Assembly: GCA_963771275.1 (NCBI GenBank)
Contig: CAVYSW010000010.1
Span: 704,001 to 768,000, forward strand
Length of the DNA: 64,000 nt
From: an uncultured Gemmatimonadales bacterium
Lineage (GTDB): Bacteria > Gemmatimonadota > Gemmatimonadetes > Gemmatimonadales > GWC2-71-9
Reading direction: 5' to 3'
The notes under the pieces were generated by a model that did not search any database, was not told the DNA's origin, and was given only the letters and a program-made list of their open reading frames with translations. A program made the position numbers and the translations under genes. Positions 42,847-53,282 of this stretch are shown here, in pieces; within the stretch, counting starts at the first letter, position 1, and every line of letters begins with the position of its first letter.

Positions 42847-43968
42847 TCACCCATCCAGCAGCGTGTGCAGCGGCCGCGCCGCGGTCCCGACCGCGGCGGC
42901 CAACTGCTCATTGATGGCCTCGCCGCGGTAGAGATAGACCCCGGCGGCCAGCCCGGGGTCGGCGCGCAGCGCGACCTCCGTCCCTTGATCCGCCAGCGCG
43001 CGCACCGGGGCGAGCACGACGTCGGACAGCGCGCGGGAGGCCGTGCGGGCGATGTTGGCGGTCATGTTCGGCACGCAGTAGTGCACGACGTCGTGCATGA
43101 TGAAGACGGGGTCGTGCAGCGTCGTCGGCCGGCTGGTTTCGACGCAGCCGCCCTGATCGATCGACACGTCGATGATCACGCTGCCCGCCCGCATCGCGCG
43201 AACCATGTCTTCGGTGATCAGCAGAGGCGACCGCGCGCCGGGAATCAGGATGGCGCCGATCACGACGTCGGCGATCGCGGTGTAGCGCGCCAGCCGGTCG
43301 GGCGTCGCCAGCTGTGTCACGATCTGGTTGCCGTAGGTGCGGCTCACGGCGCGCAGTCGGCCGAGATCATCGTCGAGCACGATCACGTGGGCCCCGACCG
43401 CCAGGGCCCGGCCGGCGGCGCTGCGGCCGACCGCTCCGGCACCGAGCACGAGCACGGTCGTGGGGGTGATCCCCGGCACCTGGCCGAGCAGGATGCCGCG
43501 GCCTCCCTCCTCGTTCTGCAGGTAGTTGGCGGCGACGAACACGGCCATCTCCCCGGCCATCTCGCTCATCGTGGTGAGAATCGTCCGCCGCCCGCGGCTG
43601 TCCTGCACCAGCTCGTACCCGATCGCCGTGACGGCGAGCGCGCGCAGCTGCTCGACGGCGGCCCGCGGCGCGACCACGAGGTGGTGGAATCCGCACAGCA
43701 CGAGTCCCGGCTTGAGCAGGTCGAGCCCGTCGCCCGCCAGCGGGCTCACTCCGCACACGAGGTCGGCGCGCTTGTAGGCTTCCTCGTGGCTGTAGACGAT
43801 CTTGCCGCCCGCCTCCTCATACTCCCGGTCGCTGAACCGCGCGCCCCGTCCCGCGTCCTTCTCGACGACGATCGCATGGCCCCCGCGCACGAGCTGCTCC
43901 ACCGCCCAGGGCGTGAGCCCCACGCGTCGCTCGTGGAGACCCGCCTCCCGCGGCACTCCGATGTTCAT
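42847..43968 (-). CDS. ald: Alanine dehydrogenase family protein (atypical)
   Basis: IGVPRE..HERRVGLTP, MSEMAG, GAGAVG, DVSIDQGGCVETS, HYCVPNM. Confidence 0.85.
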   Translation of the reverse strand: MNIGVPREAGLHERRVGLTPWAVEQLVRGGHAIVVEKDAGRGARFSDREYEEAGGKIVYSHEEAYKRADLVCGVSPLAGDGLDLLKPGLVLCGFHHLVVAPRAAVEQLRALAVTAIGYELVQDSRGRRTILTTMSEMAGEMAVFVAANYLQNEEGGRGILLGQVPGITPTTVLVLGAGAVGRSAAGRALAVGAHVIVLDDDLGRLRAVSRTYGNQIVTQLATPDRLARYTAIADVVIGAILIPGARSPLLITEDMVRAMRAGSVIIDVSIDQGGCVETSRPTTLHDPVFIMHDVVHYCVPNMTANIARTASRALSDVVLAPVRALADQGTEVALRADPGLAAGVYLYRGEAINEQLAAAVGTAARPLHTLLDG

Positions 43969-44011
43969 GCTGCCGTCTCCTCCGCGGCGCAGCGCGCCGC
44001 GCTACGAGCCC

Positions 44012-45448
44012 CTACGCGGTGGCCGGCGCCATTGCCTGACGGAACGCCCGGCCGCCCCACGCGAACGCCTCCTCGTTGAGCGGCAGCAGGGCGCAGTCGC
44101 TCTTCAGCGTTTCCCGCAGGGTCGTGAGGAAGCTCTCCTCCGGAAACAGCCGGGTCGCGGCCTGGAAAGCCCCGAGTGCCACGATGTTCTTGACCCGCGC
44201 GGCGCCGAGGTCCAGGGCGATCTGCGTAAAGGGAATCCCCGTGACCTGCACGCCGTCGGCGAGCACCGGGGTCTCCGGGATCACCGTGCTGTCGTACAGG
44301 ATCACCCCGCCGGGCCGCACGTGTGGTCCGAACTTCGCCAGGCTCTCGCCGTTGAACACCACGAGCACGTGCGGGTCCGGCGCCGCCGGGGAAACCACGT
44401 CGCCCGTCGCGACGTGGACGTCGGCGTAGGACGTGCCGCCGCGCGACTCCGGGCCGTAGCTCGGGATGTACGTCGAATCGAACCCCTCGTGGATCGCCAC
44501 CTTGGTCGTGAGCGAGGCGATCGTCTGCGCGCCATCCCCCCCGGCGCCGGCGAACTTGATCGCGATGTCATCCGGGTCGAGGTGGGAGGGAAACCCGCTG
44601 CCGAAGCGCGGGGCCGGCTCCGCGCTCGCGCCGATGGCCTCGAGCACGGCCTCGGGCTCGTAGACCGGGCTCCCCAGATCGAACCATGGCTCGACGGTCA
44701 CGTCCTTCTTCACCCCGAGGGGAAAGACCGGGAGCATCTGCTCCTTGACCCACTGCTCGGCCTCCAACGGGGTGAGGCGCAGGTGGGTGGGGCACTCGGA
44801 CAGGACCTCGACGAACGCGAGCCCACGGTTCTCGACCTGCAGGCGCAGGGCCTTCTTGATCGCCTCGGCCGCGCGGTGGCGCTGCTTGTTGTCGAACAGC
44901 GCCACCCGCTCGACGTAGACCGGGCCGTCCATCTGCGCCACGATCTCCGCCATGCGGAGCGGCATGCCGGTCACGCGCGACCGTCCCTCCGGCGTGGTGG
45001 TGGTCTTCTGACCGAGAAGCGACGTGGGCGCCATCTGGCCGCCCGTCATGCCGTAGATCGCGTTGTTGATGAAGATGACGCTGAGCGGCAGCCCGAGCTG
45101 CACTGCCTGCATGATCTCGGCGAGCCCGATCGACGCCAGGTCCCCGTCGCCCTGGTAGCTCACCACGATCGCATCGGGGTTGGCCATCTTGTGCCCGAGG
45201 GCGACCGCCGGGGCCCGTCCGTGCGCCGCCTGGGTGTTGCCCACGTCGAGGTAGTAGTACAGAAACACGGCACAGCCGACCGGCGAGACTGCGACGGTGC
45301 GGTCCTGGATGCCAAGCTGCTCGATGGCATCCGCCAGGTACTTGTGCGCCAGGCCGTGCCCGCAGCCCGCGCAGTAGTGGGTCGACAGGCCCTTGAGACC
45401 TTCGCCGTGGGCGTGGCGCTCGAAGCGCGAATAGAACACGTTATCCAT
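44012..45448 (-). CDS. 2-oxoacid:ferredoxin oxidoreductase, fused beta (TPP) and gamma subunits
   Basis: HYCAGCGHG, QGDGDLASIG, NNAIYGMTGGQ, then FAGAGGDG and PSYGPESRGGTS. Confidence 0.93.
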   Translation of the reverse strand: MDNVFYSRFERHAHGEGLKGLSTHYCAGCGHGLAHKYLADAIEQLGIQDRTVAVSPVGCAVFLYYYLDVGNTQAAHGRAPAVALGHKMANPDAIVVSYQGDGDLASIGLAEIMQAVQLGLPLSVIFINNAIYGMTGGQMAPTSLLGQKTTTTPEGRSRVTGMPLRMAEIVAQMDGPVYVERVALFDNKQRHRAAEAIKKALRLQVENRGLAFVEVLSECPTHLRLTPLEAEQWVKEQMLPVFPLGVKKDVTVEPWFDLGSPVYEPEAVLEAIGASAEPAPRFGSGFPSHLDPDDIAIKFAGAGGDGAQTIASLTTKVAIHEGFDSTYIPSYGPESRGGTSYADVHVATGDVVSPAAPDPHVLVVFNGESLAKFGPHVRPGGVILYDSTVIPETPVLADGVQVTGIPFTQIALDLGAARVKNIVALGAFQAATRLFPEESFLTTLRETLKSDCALLPLNEEAFAWGGRAFRQAMAPATA

Positions 45449-46856
45449 GGTGGACCTCCAGCAGCGCCGTCAGACGGTCCATGATCTCCCCGTGCAGCGG
45501 CAGCATGCCGCCGTGGCGCCGCACATGATGGATCGGCGGGGGCGCGACCCCCGCGTGACTGAGCGCCAGCCGCAGCTCGTCTTCCAGCTGCCCCGGCCCC
45601 GCCTCGACCACCACGATCCCGCGCAGCCGCCCGGCCAGCCCCGCGAGCGCGTCAACCGGGAACGGCCACAGGGTGATCGGCCGGAACAGGCCGACGCGGT
45701 GACCGGCCTCGCGCGCGGCCTGTACCGCGCCGCGCGCCGTGCGCGCCGGCGTGTTGCAGGCGACGACCAGCCACTCGGCATCCTCGCACCGGAAGCACTC
45801 GGCACGCTGCTGCTCCGCGGCGATCCGGGCGTACTTGGCGTTGAGCCGCTGGTTGTGCGCCTCCAGGTCCGGCTCGGACAGCATGATCGACGTCACCACG
45901 TTGCCGCGGTGCGCCGCATCGCCCGACACCGCCCACGCGGGGAGGCCGGGCTCCACCAGATACTGCGGCAGGCTCACCCGCCCCGTTACCTGGCCGAGGT
46001 AGCCGTCGCCCACGATCACGACCGGGTTACGGTAGCGGAACGCCAGGTCGAACGCCTCCATCGTGAGATCGAGCATCTCCTGCGGGGTCGCCGGCGCGAT
46101 CACGATGGCGTGGGTGTTGCCGTGCCCCAATCCGCGGCAGACCAGCTTGATATCGCCCTGCTCCGGCCCGATGTTGCCGAGCCCGGGGCCGCCCCGCATC
46201 ACGTTGACGAACACCCCCGGCAGCTCTGCGCCGATCATGTACGAGATCCCCTCGAGCATGAGGCTGAAGCCCGGCGACGACGTGAACGTCATGCAGCGCC
46301 GACCCGCGCCGCCACAGCCATACAGCATGTTGACCGTCGCGACCTCGCTCACGGCCTGCAGGAACACACCGCTCAGCCGGGGCAGCACCTTCGCCATCAG
46401 CTCGGCGCCTTCGGTCGAGGGCGTGATCGGATAGCCGAAGAAGTGCCGGCAACCGGCCAGCAGCGCGCCGAGCGCGGCGGCGTGATTCCCCTTGAGGATC
46501 ATCGGCTCCCGGGCCGGCAGCGGCACCCGCCGGTCCGGAATGTCGGCGGGCTTCGGGCGCCCGTCGGGGCGCGGCCCGAAGTACGTGAACGGGTCGGAGA
46601 CGACCATGTCCACGCCCTCGACGGCGAGCGGCTTCGCCATCAGGCCGTACGGCTCCGGGCAGGCGTCGAAGCACAACCCGCACCCGTTGCACACGTCCTC
46701 GTGCACGACGACGGGGGTGAGCCCGGTCACCGGATCGATCTGCGTTCCGAACTCGATGCAGTGCTTGGGGCACGCCTCGATACAGCGGCCGCACGCCTTG
46801 CACAGCTGCGGGAACAGGAACGGCTTGGGTCGCACCTTCTTCTCGGTCGTTACCAT
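45441..46856 (-). CDS. 2-oxoacid:ferredoxin oxidoreductase, fused delta (2x4Fe-4S) and alpha subunits (2-ketoisovalerate/VOR-like)
   Basis: CKACGRCIEACP and CNGCGLCFDACP, then GYPITPSTE, TSSPGFSLM, RGGPGLG; ATG 46856. Confidence 0.93.
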   Translation of the reverse strand: MVTTEKKVRPKPFLFPQLCKACGRCIEACPKHCIEFGTQIDPVTGLTPVVVHEDVCNGCGLCFDACPEPYGLMAKPLAVEGVDMVVSDPFTYFGPRPDGRPKPADIPDRRVPLPAREPMILKGNHAAALGALLAGCRHFFGYPITPSTEGAELMAKVLPRLSGVFLQAVSEVATVNMLYGCGGAGRRCMTFTSSPGFSLMLEGISYMIGAELPGVFVNVMRGGPGLGNIGPEQGDIKLVCRGLGHGNTHAIVIAPATPQEMLDLTMEAFDLAFRYRNPVVIVGDGYLGQVTGRVSLPQYLVEPGLPAWAVSGDAAHRGNVVTSIMLSEPDLEAHNQRLNAKYARIAAEQQRAECFRCEDAEWLVVACNTPARTARGAVQAAREAGHRVGLFRPITLWPFPVDALAGLAGRLRGIVVVEAGPGQLEDELRLALSHAGVAPPPIHHVRRHGGMLPLHGEIMDRLTALLEVHHG

Positions 46857-49213
46857 GCGTTGCCACCGCGGTTCATGGTTTCGGATGCGGCAACCGGGAG
46901 GTCCGGCCCGACCGGACCCTCCCGGCGGCGCGCGCGCATCGCCCGGCAGAACACGCCGAACGCGCGGAGCGCGCGGTCCATCGCGCGGAACGTGGGGATC
47001 CGCGCCTGTTCGAGCAGCGCCGCGAACGCGTCGTAGCGCGCCCCGGCGTCCACCACGACAATCCACGACTTGCGGCCCGTCTGCCGCAGCCGGCCGAGCC
47101 GGTGGGCGAGGGCGGCGGGATCGGCGAGGTTCTCCGCGTGCCCCGCGCCGGGCGGCAGCGTCTGCAGGGCGCCGGTTAGCGGCACGCAGCCGACCACGGC
47201 GACGTCCACCCCGTCGTCCCCCAGCAGCGCGGCGACGCAGTCCGCAAAGGCGGCGTCGCCCATCATCGGCGTCAGATCGAGCGGCTGCCGGACGTCCACC
47301 ACCTCGCTCAACCCCACCCCGGTCAGCACGCCCTCGAGTCGGCCCACCGTGGACGCGCCCAGGCGCGCGAGCGCAAACGGCGCGAGGTTGTCCGCCAGCG
47401 CCACGCACTCGAACCCCGCGTTGCTCACCGCCGCCAGCCGCATCCCGGCCGGGCGCCGCTCGCCGAGCAGCGCGAACAGCCGGAGGAAGTCGTCGAACGC
47501 CTCCAGCGACTCGGCCACGACCACACCCGCCTCCCGGGCGAGCTCGCGCGTGACGACGTAGTCGCCCGCGATCGCCGCCGTGTGCGATGCGCCGGCCGCC
47601 ACGCCGGCCGGCGTGCGCGCCCCGCGGTACAGCAGCACCTGACGCCCGCTGCGGACGATGGCGGCCGCGGCCGCGAGCCAGCGCCGCCCGTCGAGCGGGC
47701 GGAACCCCTCGATGTAGCAGGCGAACAGCTCGACGGCAGGATCGCCCTCGAGGTAGGTCAGGTAGTCGCCGACGGTGAGGTCGGTCTGGTTGCCCACGGA
47801 CACCAGATACCGCGGGTCGAGGCCGGCGAGCTTGCTCCAGCGCGCGATCGCGAACGCCCCGCTCTGCGCGATCAGAGCGATCGGCGCGACCGACACGCCC
47901 CGCGGCTGCAGCTTGTAGTCGGGGATGAACGTCGTGTCGTAGTGCCCCGGCGCCGAGCGCACACCCAGACAGTTCCCGCCGTTCAGGACCGGCCCACCCC
48001 ACGGCGTCGCCCGCGCGGCGGCGAGCGTCTCCCGCACGCGCGCCTCGAGCGACGCCGACCCCTCCCGCTCCCCCAGCCCGCCCGGGATCACGATGAGGCT
48101 CTCGGCCGCCCGGGCCGCGACCAGCTCGGCCACGAGGTCGGGCACGCGCGCCGCGGCGACCGCGAGCACGCAGAGATCCGCCGCCCAGGGAAGCGCGGCG
48201 ACCGAGCGGTGGCAGCGCACCCCGTCGATCTGCTCGGCGTGCGGATGCACGATGGCGATGTGCTCCGGCCGGAACCCCTCACGCAGCAGGTTGCCGAGAA
48301 TCCGCCGCCCGGCGTTCATGCCCTCCGCCGACACACCGACGAGGGCAACGCGCTCGGGCTCGAGCAGGTGACGGAGCTTGTGCACGGGTCGCGGCGGGAC
48401 CGCGTCCGTGCGATCGTGGCGCAGGGTGACGAGCACGTCGAGCGCGACCGGTCCGTCGGCGGCGAGCGCCAACGGGTTGATCTCCAGCTCCGCCACGCGG
48501 CGGCCCGGCGGCGTGGCTGCGAATGCGAGCAGCGATTCGAGCACGGCCGCCAACTGCTCGAGTGGGATCAGCGCGCGCCCGCCGCGTCCCAGCCCGCCGG
48601 CGATGCCGGTGACGGGGTGCTCGGCGAGCACCGCAGGAATCCGCTCCCGGGCAGTGAGTCCGTCGGCGATCACGGCGAGCTCGGTACCGGGCGTGAGGTG
48701 CCGTGCCAGCAGCTCCGCGTGGATGCCGCCCGGGCCCACCGTCACCACCGGACCGAAATCCGCGGTGTAGCGCAGCCCGACGAGCAGCTCCCCGCCGAGC
48801 GCGTCGGAATGCGGCACGTACTCGCTGAGGGTGAAACCGGCGATCGGGTAGCCGGCGAGACGCTGCGCCATGTCACCGACCGCGGCGGCGACACTTCCGG
48901 CGTCGCGCGGCACGACCATGACACCACCGACATCGGTTTTGTGAAGCAGGGCGGGAGACGCGACCTTGAGGACCACCCGATCACCGGGGAATGCCCCCAC
49001 GTCCACGCTGGTGATCGCGGCGGCATCGCGCACGAAGCGCTGGGCGGGAACCCGAATCCCGAGTGCGGCCACAAGCGCAAACCCCTCGGGCTCGAGCAAT
49101 GCGTCGCGCCCTTCGGCGCGCGCACGGTCGAGCAGAGCCGCTACCTGGACTTCGGTCGTGGCGCTCTCCACGGAACCTCGTTGGCGAGGGCGGACCGCCG
49201 CCGCAGCGTGCAT
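46850..49213 (-). CDS. ADP-forming acyl-CoA synthetase (acetate-CoA ligase family), ATP-grasp domain first
   Basis: N-terminal LKVASP..HKTDVGGV and LEINPL; then VALVGVS, GGNCLG, AQSGA, SVGNQTDL, ASHTAAIAG. Confidence 0.9.
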   Translation of the reverse strand: MHAAAAVRPRQRGSVESATTEVQVAALLDRARAEGRDALLEPEGFALVAALGIRVPAQRFVRDAAAITSVDVGAFPGDRVVLKVASPALLHKTDVGGVMVVPRDAGSVAAAVGDMAQRLAGYPIAGFTLSEYVPHSDALGGELLVGLRYTADFGPVVTVGPGGIHAELLARHLTPGTELAVIADGLTARERIPAVLAEHPVTGIAGGLGRGGRALIPLEQLAAVLESLLAFAATPPGRRVAELEINPLALAADGPVALDVLVTLRHDRTDAVPPRPVHKLRHLLEPERVALVGVSAEGMNAGRRILGNLLREGFRPEHIAIVHPHAEQIDGVRCHRSVAALPWAADLCVLAVAAARVPDLVAELVAARAAESLIVIPGGLGEREGSASLEARVRETLAAARATPWGGPVLNGGNCLGVRSAPGHYDTTFIPDYKLQPRGVSVAPIALIAQSGAFAIARWSKLAGLDPRYLVSVGNQTDLTVGDYLTYLEGDPAVELFACYIEGFRPLDGRRWLAAAAAIVRSGRQVLLYRGARTPAGVAAGASHTAAIAGDYVVTRELAREAGVVVAESLEAFDDFLRLFALLGERRPAGMRLAAVSNAGFECVALADNLAPFALARLGASTVGRLEGVLTGVGLSEVVDVRQPLDLTPMMGDAAFADCVAALLGDDGVDVAVVGCVPLTGALQTLPPGAGHAENLADPAALAHRLGRLRQTGRKSWIVVVDAGARYDAFAALLEQARIPTFRAMDRALRAFGVFCRAMRARRREGPVGPDLPVAASETMNRGGNAW

Positions 49214-49373
49214 GGACTACCCAGACTGAAAACTGCCCCCTGGGCCGTAAGCCGTGGTTAAAGACGCGATTAAGGCCCCCTTAAGTGATGACTCGGTCCG
49301 AGGTTGCCACGTTACCGCTCGGGCTTCATCTTGCATGATCCTCCACCCTCTCGGGTCCCGTGAGCGAGGTCCC

Positions 49374-49877
49374 ATGGCGCTAGAACGTCCCGTCCTGCTG
49401 CTCGCCGCCCTCGGGCTGGCGGGTGGGTGTGTCACCACCCAGCCGTTCACGCAATCCGTGCGGAATGCCGGGTACGGGCCAGCCGCCCTCGCGCAGGCGC
49501 CGTTCGTCACCGAGGGAGAATTCGAGCTGTGGGCCGCGGCGGAGCAGATCGGCGTGTCCCCCCGCACGCCGGCGCGCTTCGTGGCGGCGCCGGACGATAC
49601 GACGCTCGTGGTCGCCGTCACGGCCAAGCTGCTGGACCTGGAGCTCACCTTCGTGCGGGCCCAGGGACGGACGGGCGACTACATGCTCCACGCCGTGAAC
49701 GGGCAGGCCCTCGACCAATCGATCACGATTGGCGGGATCGCCTACGAGTACCGCTCGTGCTACCTCGACGTCCGGTGGGACTGCGGAACGCCGATCCGTC
49801 CCGGGACCAAGAACGACACGGGTGTCACGCTGCTGGTGCGGCTGCCCAGGAGGCCGCGGTCATCCACTCCCGGCTGA
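49374..49877 (+). CDS. Hypothetical lipoprotein
   Basis: GAGG RBS; MALERPVLLLAALGLAGG-C lipobox-like signal. Confidence 0.6.
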   Translation: MALERPVLLLAALGLAGGCVTTQPFTQSVRNAGYGPAALAQAPFVTEGEFELWAAAEQIGVSPRTPARFVAAPDDTTLVVAVTAKLLDLELTFVRAQGRTGDYMLHAVNGQALDQSITIGGIAYEYRSCYLDVRWDCGTPIRPGTKNDTGVTLLVRLPRRPRSSTPG

Positions 49878-50765
49878 GCGGGCGGAGATCCGGAAGGGCA
49901 CGGGCGTCGCGAGGGCGCGCTCCAGGCGGGGCGTGACCAGGTAGTACAGCAGCCCGGCCACCACCGCCCCCACCACGACATCGATCGCGAAATGGCTCTG
50001 CCGGTAGACGGCGGAGACCATCACCCCCAGCGCCCCCAGCACGAACACGGTCGCCGGCGGCCGCGAGAGCCGCCGCAGGGCGAACAGCGCGGCGGTCACC
50101 GCCCCCACGACGTGCGAGCTGGGAAACGCCGTCCCCATCGAGTCGCCCGCGTGCGTCCCCGACGTCACCAGGCGGTAGAAGAACCCGCGCGTGAAGGGCC
50201 CCTGAAACTTGGCCATCGTATGGCTGGGCCCATCCACCGGGAACAGCGTGTACGAGACGTAGCAGGCCAGGTACGCGACGGCGAGGGCGAACACCAGCTC
50301 GGTCACCTGGTCGTCGCGCCGCGCGAGGAACAACACGAGCGGCGCGAGAAACACCAGGGGATAGTAGAGCCAGTAGGCCGCGTTCATGATCTCGCTGAGC
50401 CAGAGCCACGGCATCGCCGGGAGCCAGACCGCCTCGAGATGCACGCCGAACAGCCGCAGATCGGCCGCGGCGATGAGCGCATCATGCGTGGTCGCGTGGA
50501 AAGCATCGCGCACCAGGCCCATCTCGAGCCAGTAGATCGCGATCAGGGCGACGGGGTAGACCGCCCGCAGACCCACGCCGAACCGCGACGCGCGGGCCCC
50601 CATGGCGGACGTCAGCAGGACGAGCGCGATCACGAGGACGTGGGACGCGGCGAGCAGGCCGGCGTCGGGGTAGCGACCGAGGGCGGACGCCCACAGGGCG
50701 AGGAACCCGAGGTTGTAGACGATCAGCAGGCGATCCACGGGCCGGAGGAGCTCGCGCAGGGTCAT
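49860..50765 (-). CDS. PAP2 superfamily membrane protein (phosphoesterase / IPC-synthase-like)
   Basis: AFPSSHV and RQSHFAID motifs; multiple TM segments. Confidence 0.85.
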   Translation of the reverse strand: MTLRELLRPVDRLLIVYNLGFLALWASALGRYPDAGLLAASHVLVIALVLLTSAMGARASRFGVGLRAVYPVALIAIYWLEMGLVRDAFHATTHDALIAAADLRLFGVHLEAVWLPAMPWLWLSEIMNAAYWLYYPLVFLAPLVLFLARRDDQVTELVFALAVAYLACYVSYTLFPVDGPSHTMAKFQGPFTRGFFYRLVTSGTHAGDSMGTAFPSSHVVGAVTAALFALRRLSRPPATVFVLGALGVMVSAVYRQSHFAIDVVVGAVVAGLLYYLVTPRLERALATPVPFRISARSAGSG

Positions 50766-50935
50766 GGCGCCGCGGCTCGCGGTGCTGCCGCGTCGGTCAG
50801 CGCGTTGAGGGCGTCGTTCATGGGCGTAACATACCCACGTCGTCCGCACGCGTCGGAGCCGGCGCCGACCATGGCCGGCGGCGCACAACGGCGCTATCGT
50901 GCTGGCCGGCTTCCGATCTCCGCAACGGAGGGTTC

Positions 50936-53251
50936 ATGCAACGCACCCGTCTCCCCCTGGCCGTCATCACCGCGTGTGCCCTGCTCTGGGCGTCCGGCCA
51001 TGCCCTGGCACAGGGCACGCTCGCGGACTATCAGCGCGCCGCCGGCCTGCGCGAGCGCTTCGATGGACTCGTGGTCGACGCGCCGGACGACGCGACGTGG
51101 GTCGGCGACACCCCACGATTCTGGTATCGGAAATCGGTGCTCGGCGGGTACGCGTTCGTGCTGGTGGACGCGGCCACACTGGTGAAGCAGCCGGCGTTCG
51201 ACCACGCGGCGCTGGCGGCGGCCCTCTCCACGGCCCGCGACACGAGCTACACCGACATCACGCTCCCCTTTACCACGATCGCGTTCGTGGATGGCGCGGG
51301 CGCGCTCCAGGTCACGATCGCGGACTCCCTCTGGCGGTGCACCCTCGTAGAGTATCGCTGCCGCAACACGGGAGCGGCGCCCCAACCTCGCCGGGGAGGC
51401 GGGCTCCCCCTCGGGCAGGAGCGGCCGCCGGAGCGGCAGGACCCGAAGCCGTCGCCGGACGGCAAGCTCGAGGCGTTGATCCGGAACTTCAACGTGTGGA
51501 TCCGGCCGGTGGGCTCGACGGCCGCGACCCGGTTGAGCACCGACGGGTCCGAGGGAAACGCCTACGCGTGGCGGTCGATCGAGTGGTCCCCGGACTCGAA
51601 GAAGCTGGCCGCGTACCGCGTGATCCCCGGCTACCGCCGGCTGGTGCACTATGTCGAGTCGTCCCCCGAAGATCAGGTGCAACCGAAATCCTACGAGCGG
51701 GTGTACGCCAAGCCCGGCGACGTGCTCGACGTTCAGCAGCCGGTCCTGTTCGACGTCGGAACCCTGCGGGAAATCGTGGTCGACGACAGCCTGTTCCCCA
51801 ACGCGTACCGCAACTCACCGCTCGTGTGGCGCGCGGACAGCCGCGCGTTCACGTTCGAGTACAACCAGCGCGGCCATCAGGTGTACCGCGTGATCGAGGT
51901 GGATGCCGCCACCGGCAGGGCGCGCGCCGTGGTCTCCGAGGAGCCGAAGACGTTCTTCTACTACACGGAGGCGAACGGCAACCAGCGCGACTCCGGGAAG
52001 AAGTTCCGGTTCGACGTGGACGACGGCCGGGAAGTGATCTGGATGTCCGAGCGGGACGGCTGGAACCACCTCTACCTGTACGACGGGGCCACCGGCCGGG
52101 TGAAGCGCCAGATCACCAAGGGTGCCTGGGTCGTGCGCGCGGTCGACTCGGTCGATGTCGAGCACCGCCAGATCTGGTTCCGGGCGGGCGGCATGAACCC
52201 GGACCAGGACCCCTACTTCACCCACTACTACCGGATCAACTTCGACGGCACGGGCCTCACGGCGTTCACGGAGGCCGACGGCGACCACGCGGTCAGCTAC
52301 TCGCCGGACCGGCAGTACTACGTCGACCGCTGGTCGCGCGTCGATCGCCCGCCCGTCGCGCAGCTGCGGCGCGTCAGCGACGGCGCGGTGCTCATGGAGC
52401 TCGAGCGCGGCGATGCCAGCCGGCTGCTGGCCGCCGGATGGCGCCCGCCCGAGGCCTTCGTGGCCAAGGGCCGCGACGGCACCACCGACATCTGGGGCAT
52501 CATCATCCGGCCCACGACCTTCGACTCGACCCGGTCGTACCCCGTGATCGAGAACATCTACGCCGGCCCACAGGGATCGTTCGTGCCCAAGACCTTCGCG
52601 GTGAGCTCGCCGATGCGGACCCAGGCGGAGCTGGGGTTCATCGTGGTCCAGATCGACGGCATGGGCACCAACAACCGCGCGAAGGCGTTTCACGACGTCG
52701 CGTGGCGTAATCTGGGGGACGCCGGGTTCCCGGACCGCATTCTGTGGCACAAGGCGGTCGCCGCGAAGTACCCGTACTACGACATCACGCGAGTGGGCAT
52801 CTACGGCACCTCGGCCGGCGGGCAGAACTCGCTCGGCGCGCTGCTGTTCCACCCCGAGTTCTACCGGGCGGCCGTGTCGGCGGCCGGGTGTCACGACAAT
52901 CGGATGGACAAGATCTGGTGGAACGAGCTGTGGATGGGCTGGCCGATCGGCCCGCAGTACGATTCGTCATCCAACGTCGTAAATGCGCACCGGCTGCAGG
53001 GGCAGCTGTTGCTCGTGGTTGGCGAGCTGGATACCAACGTGGACCCGTCGTCCACCATGCAGGTGGCCAACGCGCTGATCAAAGCCGGGAGAGACTTCGA
53101 TCTGCTCTATGTGCCGGGCGCGGGCCACGGCGCAGGCGGCGACTACGGCGAGCGCAAGCGGATGGACTTCTTCGTGCGGCACCTGCTGGGGGTCACGCCG
53201 CCGGACTGGAACGGCGGCGCGACGGTGGCCGCCGCGAACGGCGGGAACTAG
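50936..53251 (+). CDS. S9B dipeptidyl peptidase IV family protein, secreted
   Basis: Signal peptide, [21 protein letters not shown] nucleophile, DTNV, GAGHG. Confidence 0.93.
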   Translation: MQRTRLPLAVITACALLWASGHALAQGTLADYQRAAGLRERFDGLVVDAPDDATWVGDTPRFWYRKSVLGGYAFVLVDAATLVKQPAFDHAALAAALSTARDTSYTDITLPFTTIAFVDGAGALQVTIADSLWRCTLVEYRCRNTGAAPQPRRGGGLPLGQERPPERQDPKPSPDGKLEALIRNFNVWIRPVGSTAATRLSTDGSEGNAYAWRSIEWSPDSKKLAAYRVIPGYRRLVHYVESSPEDQVQPKSYERVYAKPGDVLDVQQPVLFDVGTLREIVVDDSLFPNAYRNSPLVWRADSRAFTFEYNQRGHQVYRVIEVDAATGRARAVVSEEPKTFFYYTEANGNQRDSGKKFRFDVDDGREVIWMSERDGWNHLYLYDGATGRVKRQITKGAWVVRAVDSVDVEHRQIWFRAGGMNPDQDPYFTHYYRINFDGTGLTAFTEADGDHAVSYSPDRQYYVDRWSRVDRPPVAQLRRVSDGAVLMELERGDASRLLAAGWRPPEAFVAKGRDGTTDIWGIIIRPTTFDSTRSYPVIENIYAGPQGSFVPKTFAVSSPMRTQAELGFIVVQIDGMGTNNRAKAFHDVAWRNLGDAGFPDRILWHKAVAAKYPYYDITRVGIYGTSAGGQNSLGALLFHPEFYRAAVSAAGCHDNRMDKIWWNELWMGWPIGPQYDSSSNVVNAHRLQGQLLLVVGELDTNVDPSSTMQVANALIKAGRDFDLLYVPGAGHGAGGDYGERKRMDFFVRHLLGVTPPDWNGGATVAAANGGN

Positions 53252-53275
53252 GCGGGCGGCGCGGCGCCGCCCGCC
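53251..53275. terminator. Perfect hairpin between convergent genes
   Basis: GGCGGGCGGCG-CGG-CGCCGCCCGCC; no U tract. Confidence 0.5.
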
Positions 53276-53282
53276 CGCGCCG

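Noticed and set aside
41470..49261. Long plus-strand ORFs such as 41470..44079 (869 aa) and 47582..49261
   Set aside because: Shadow frames opposite well-supported metabolic genes
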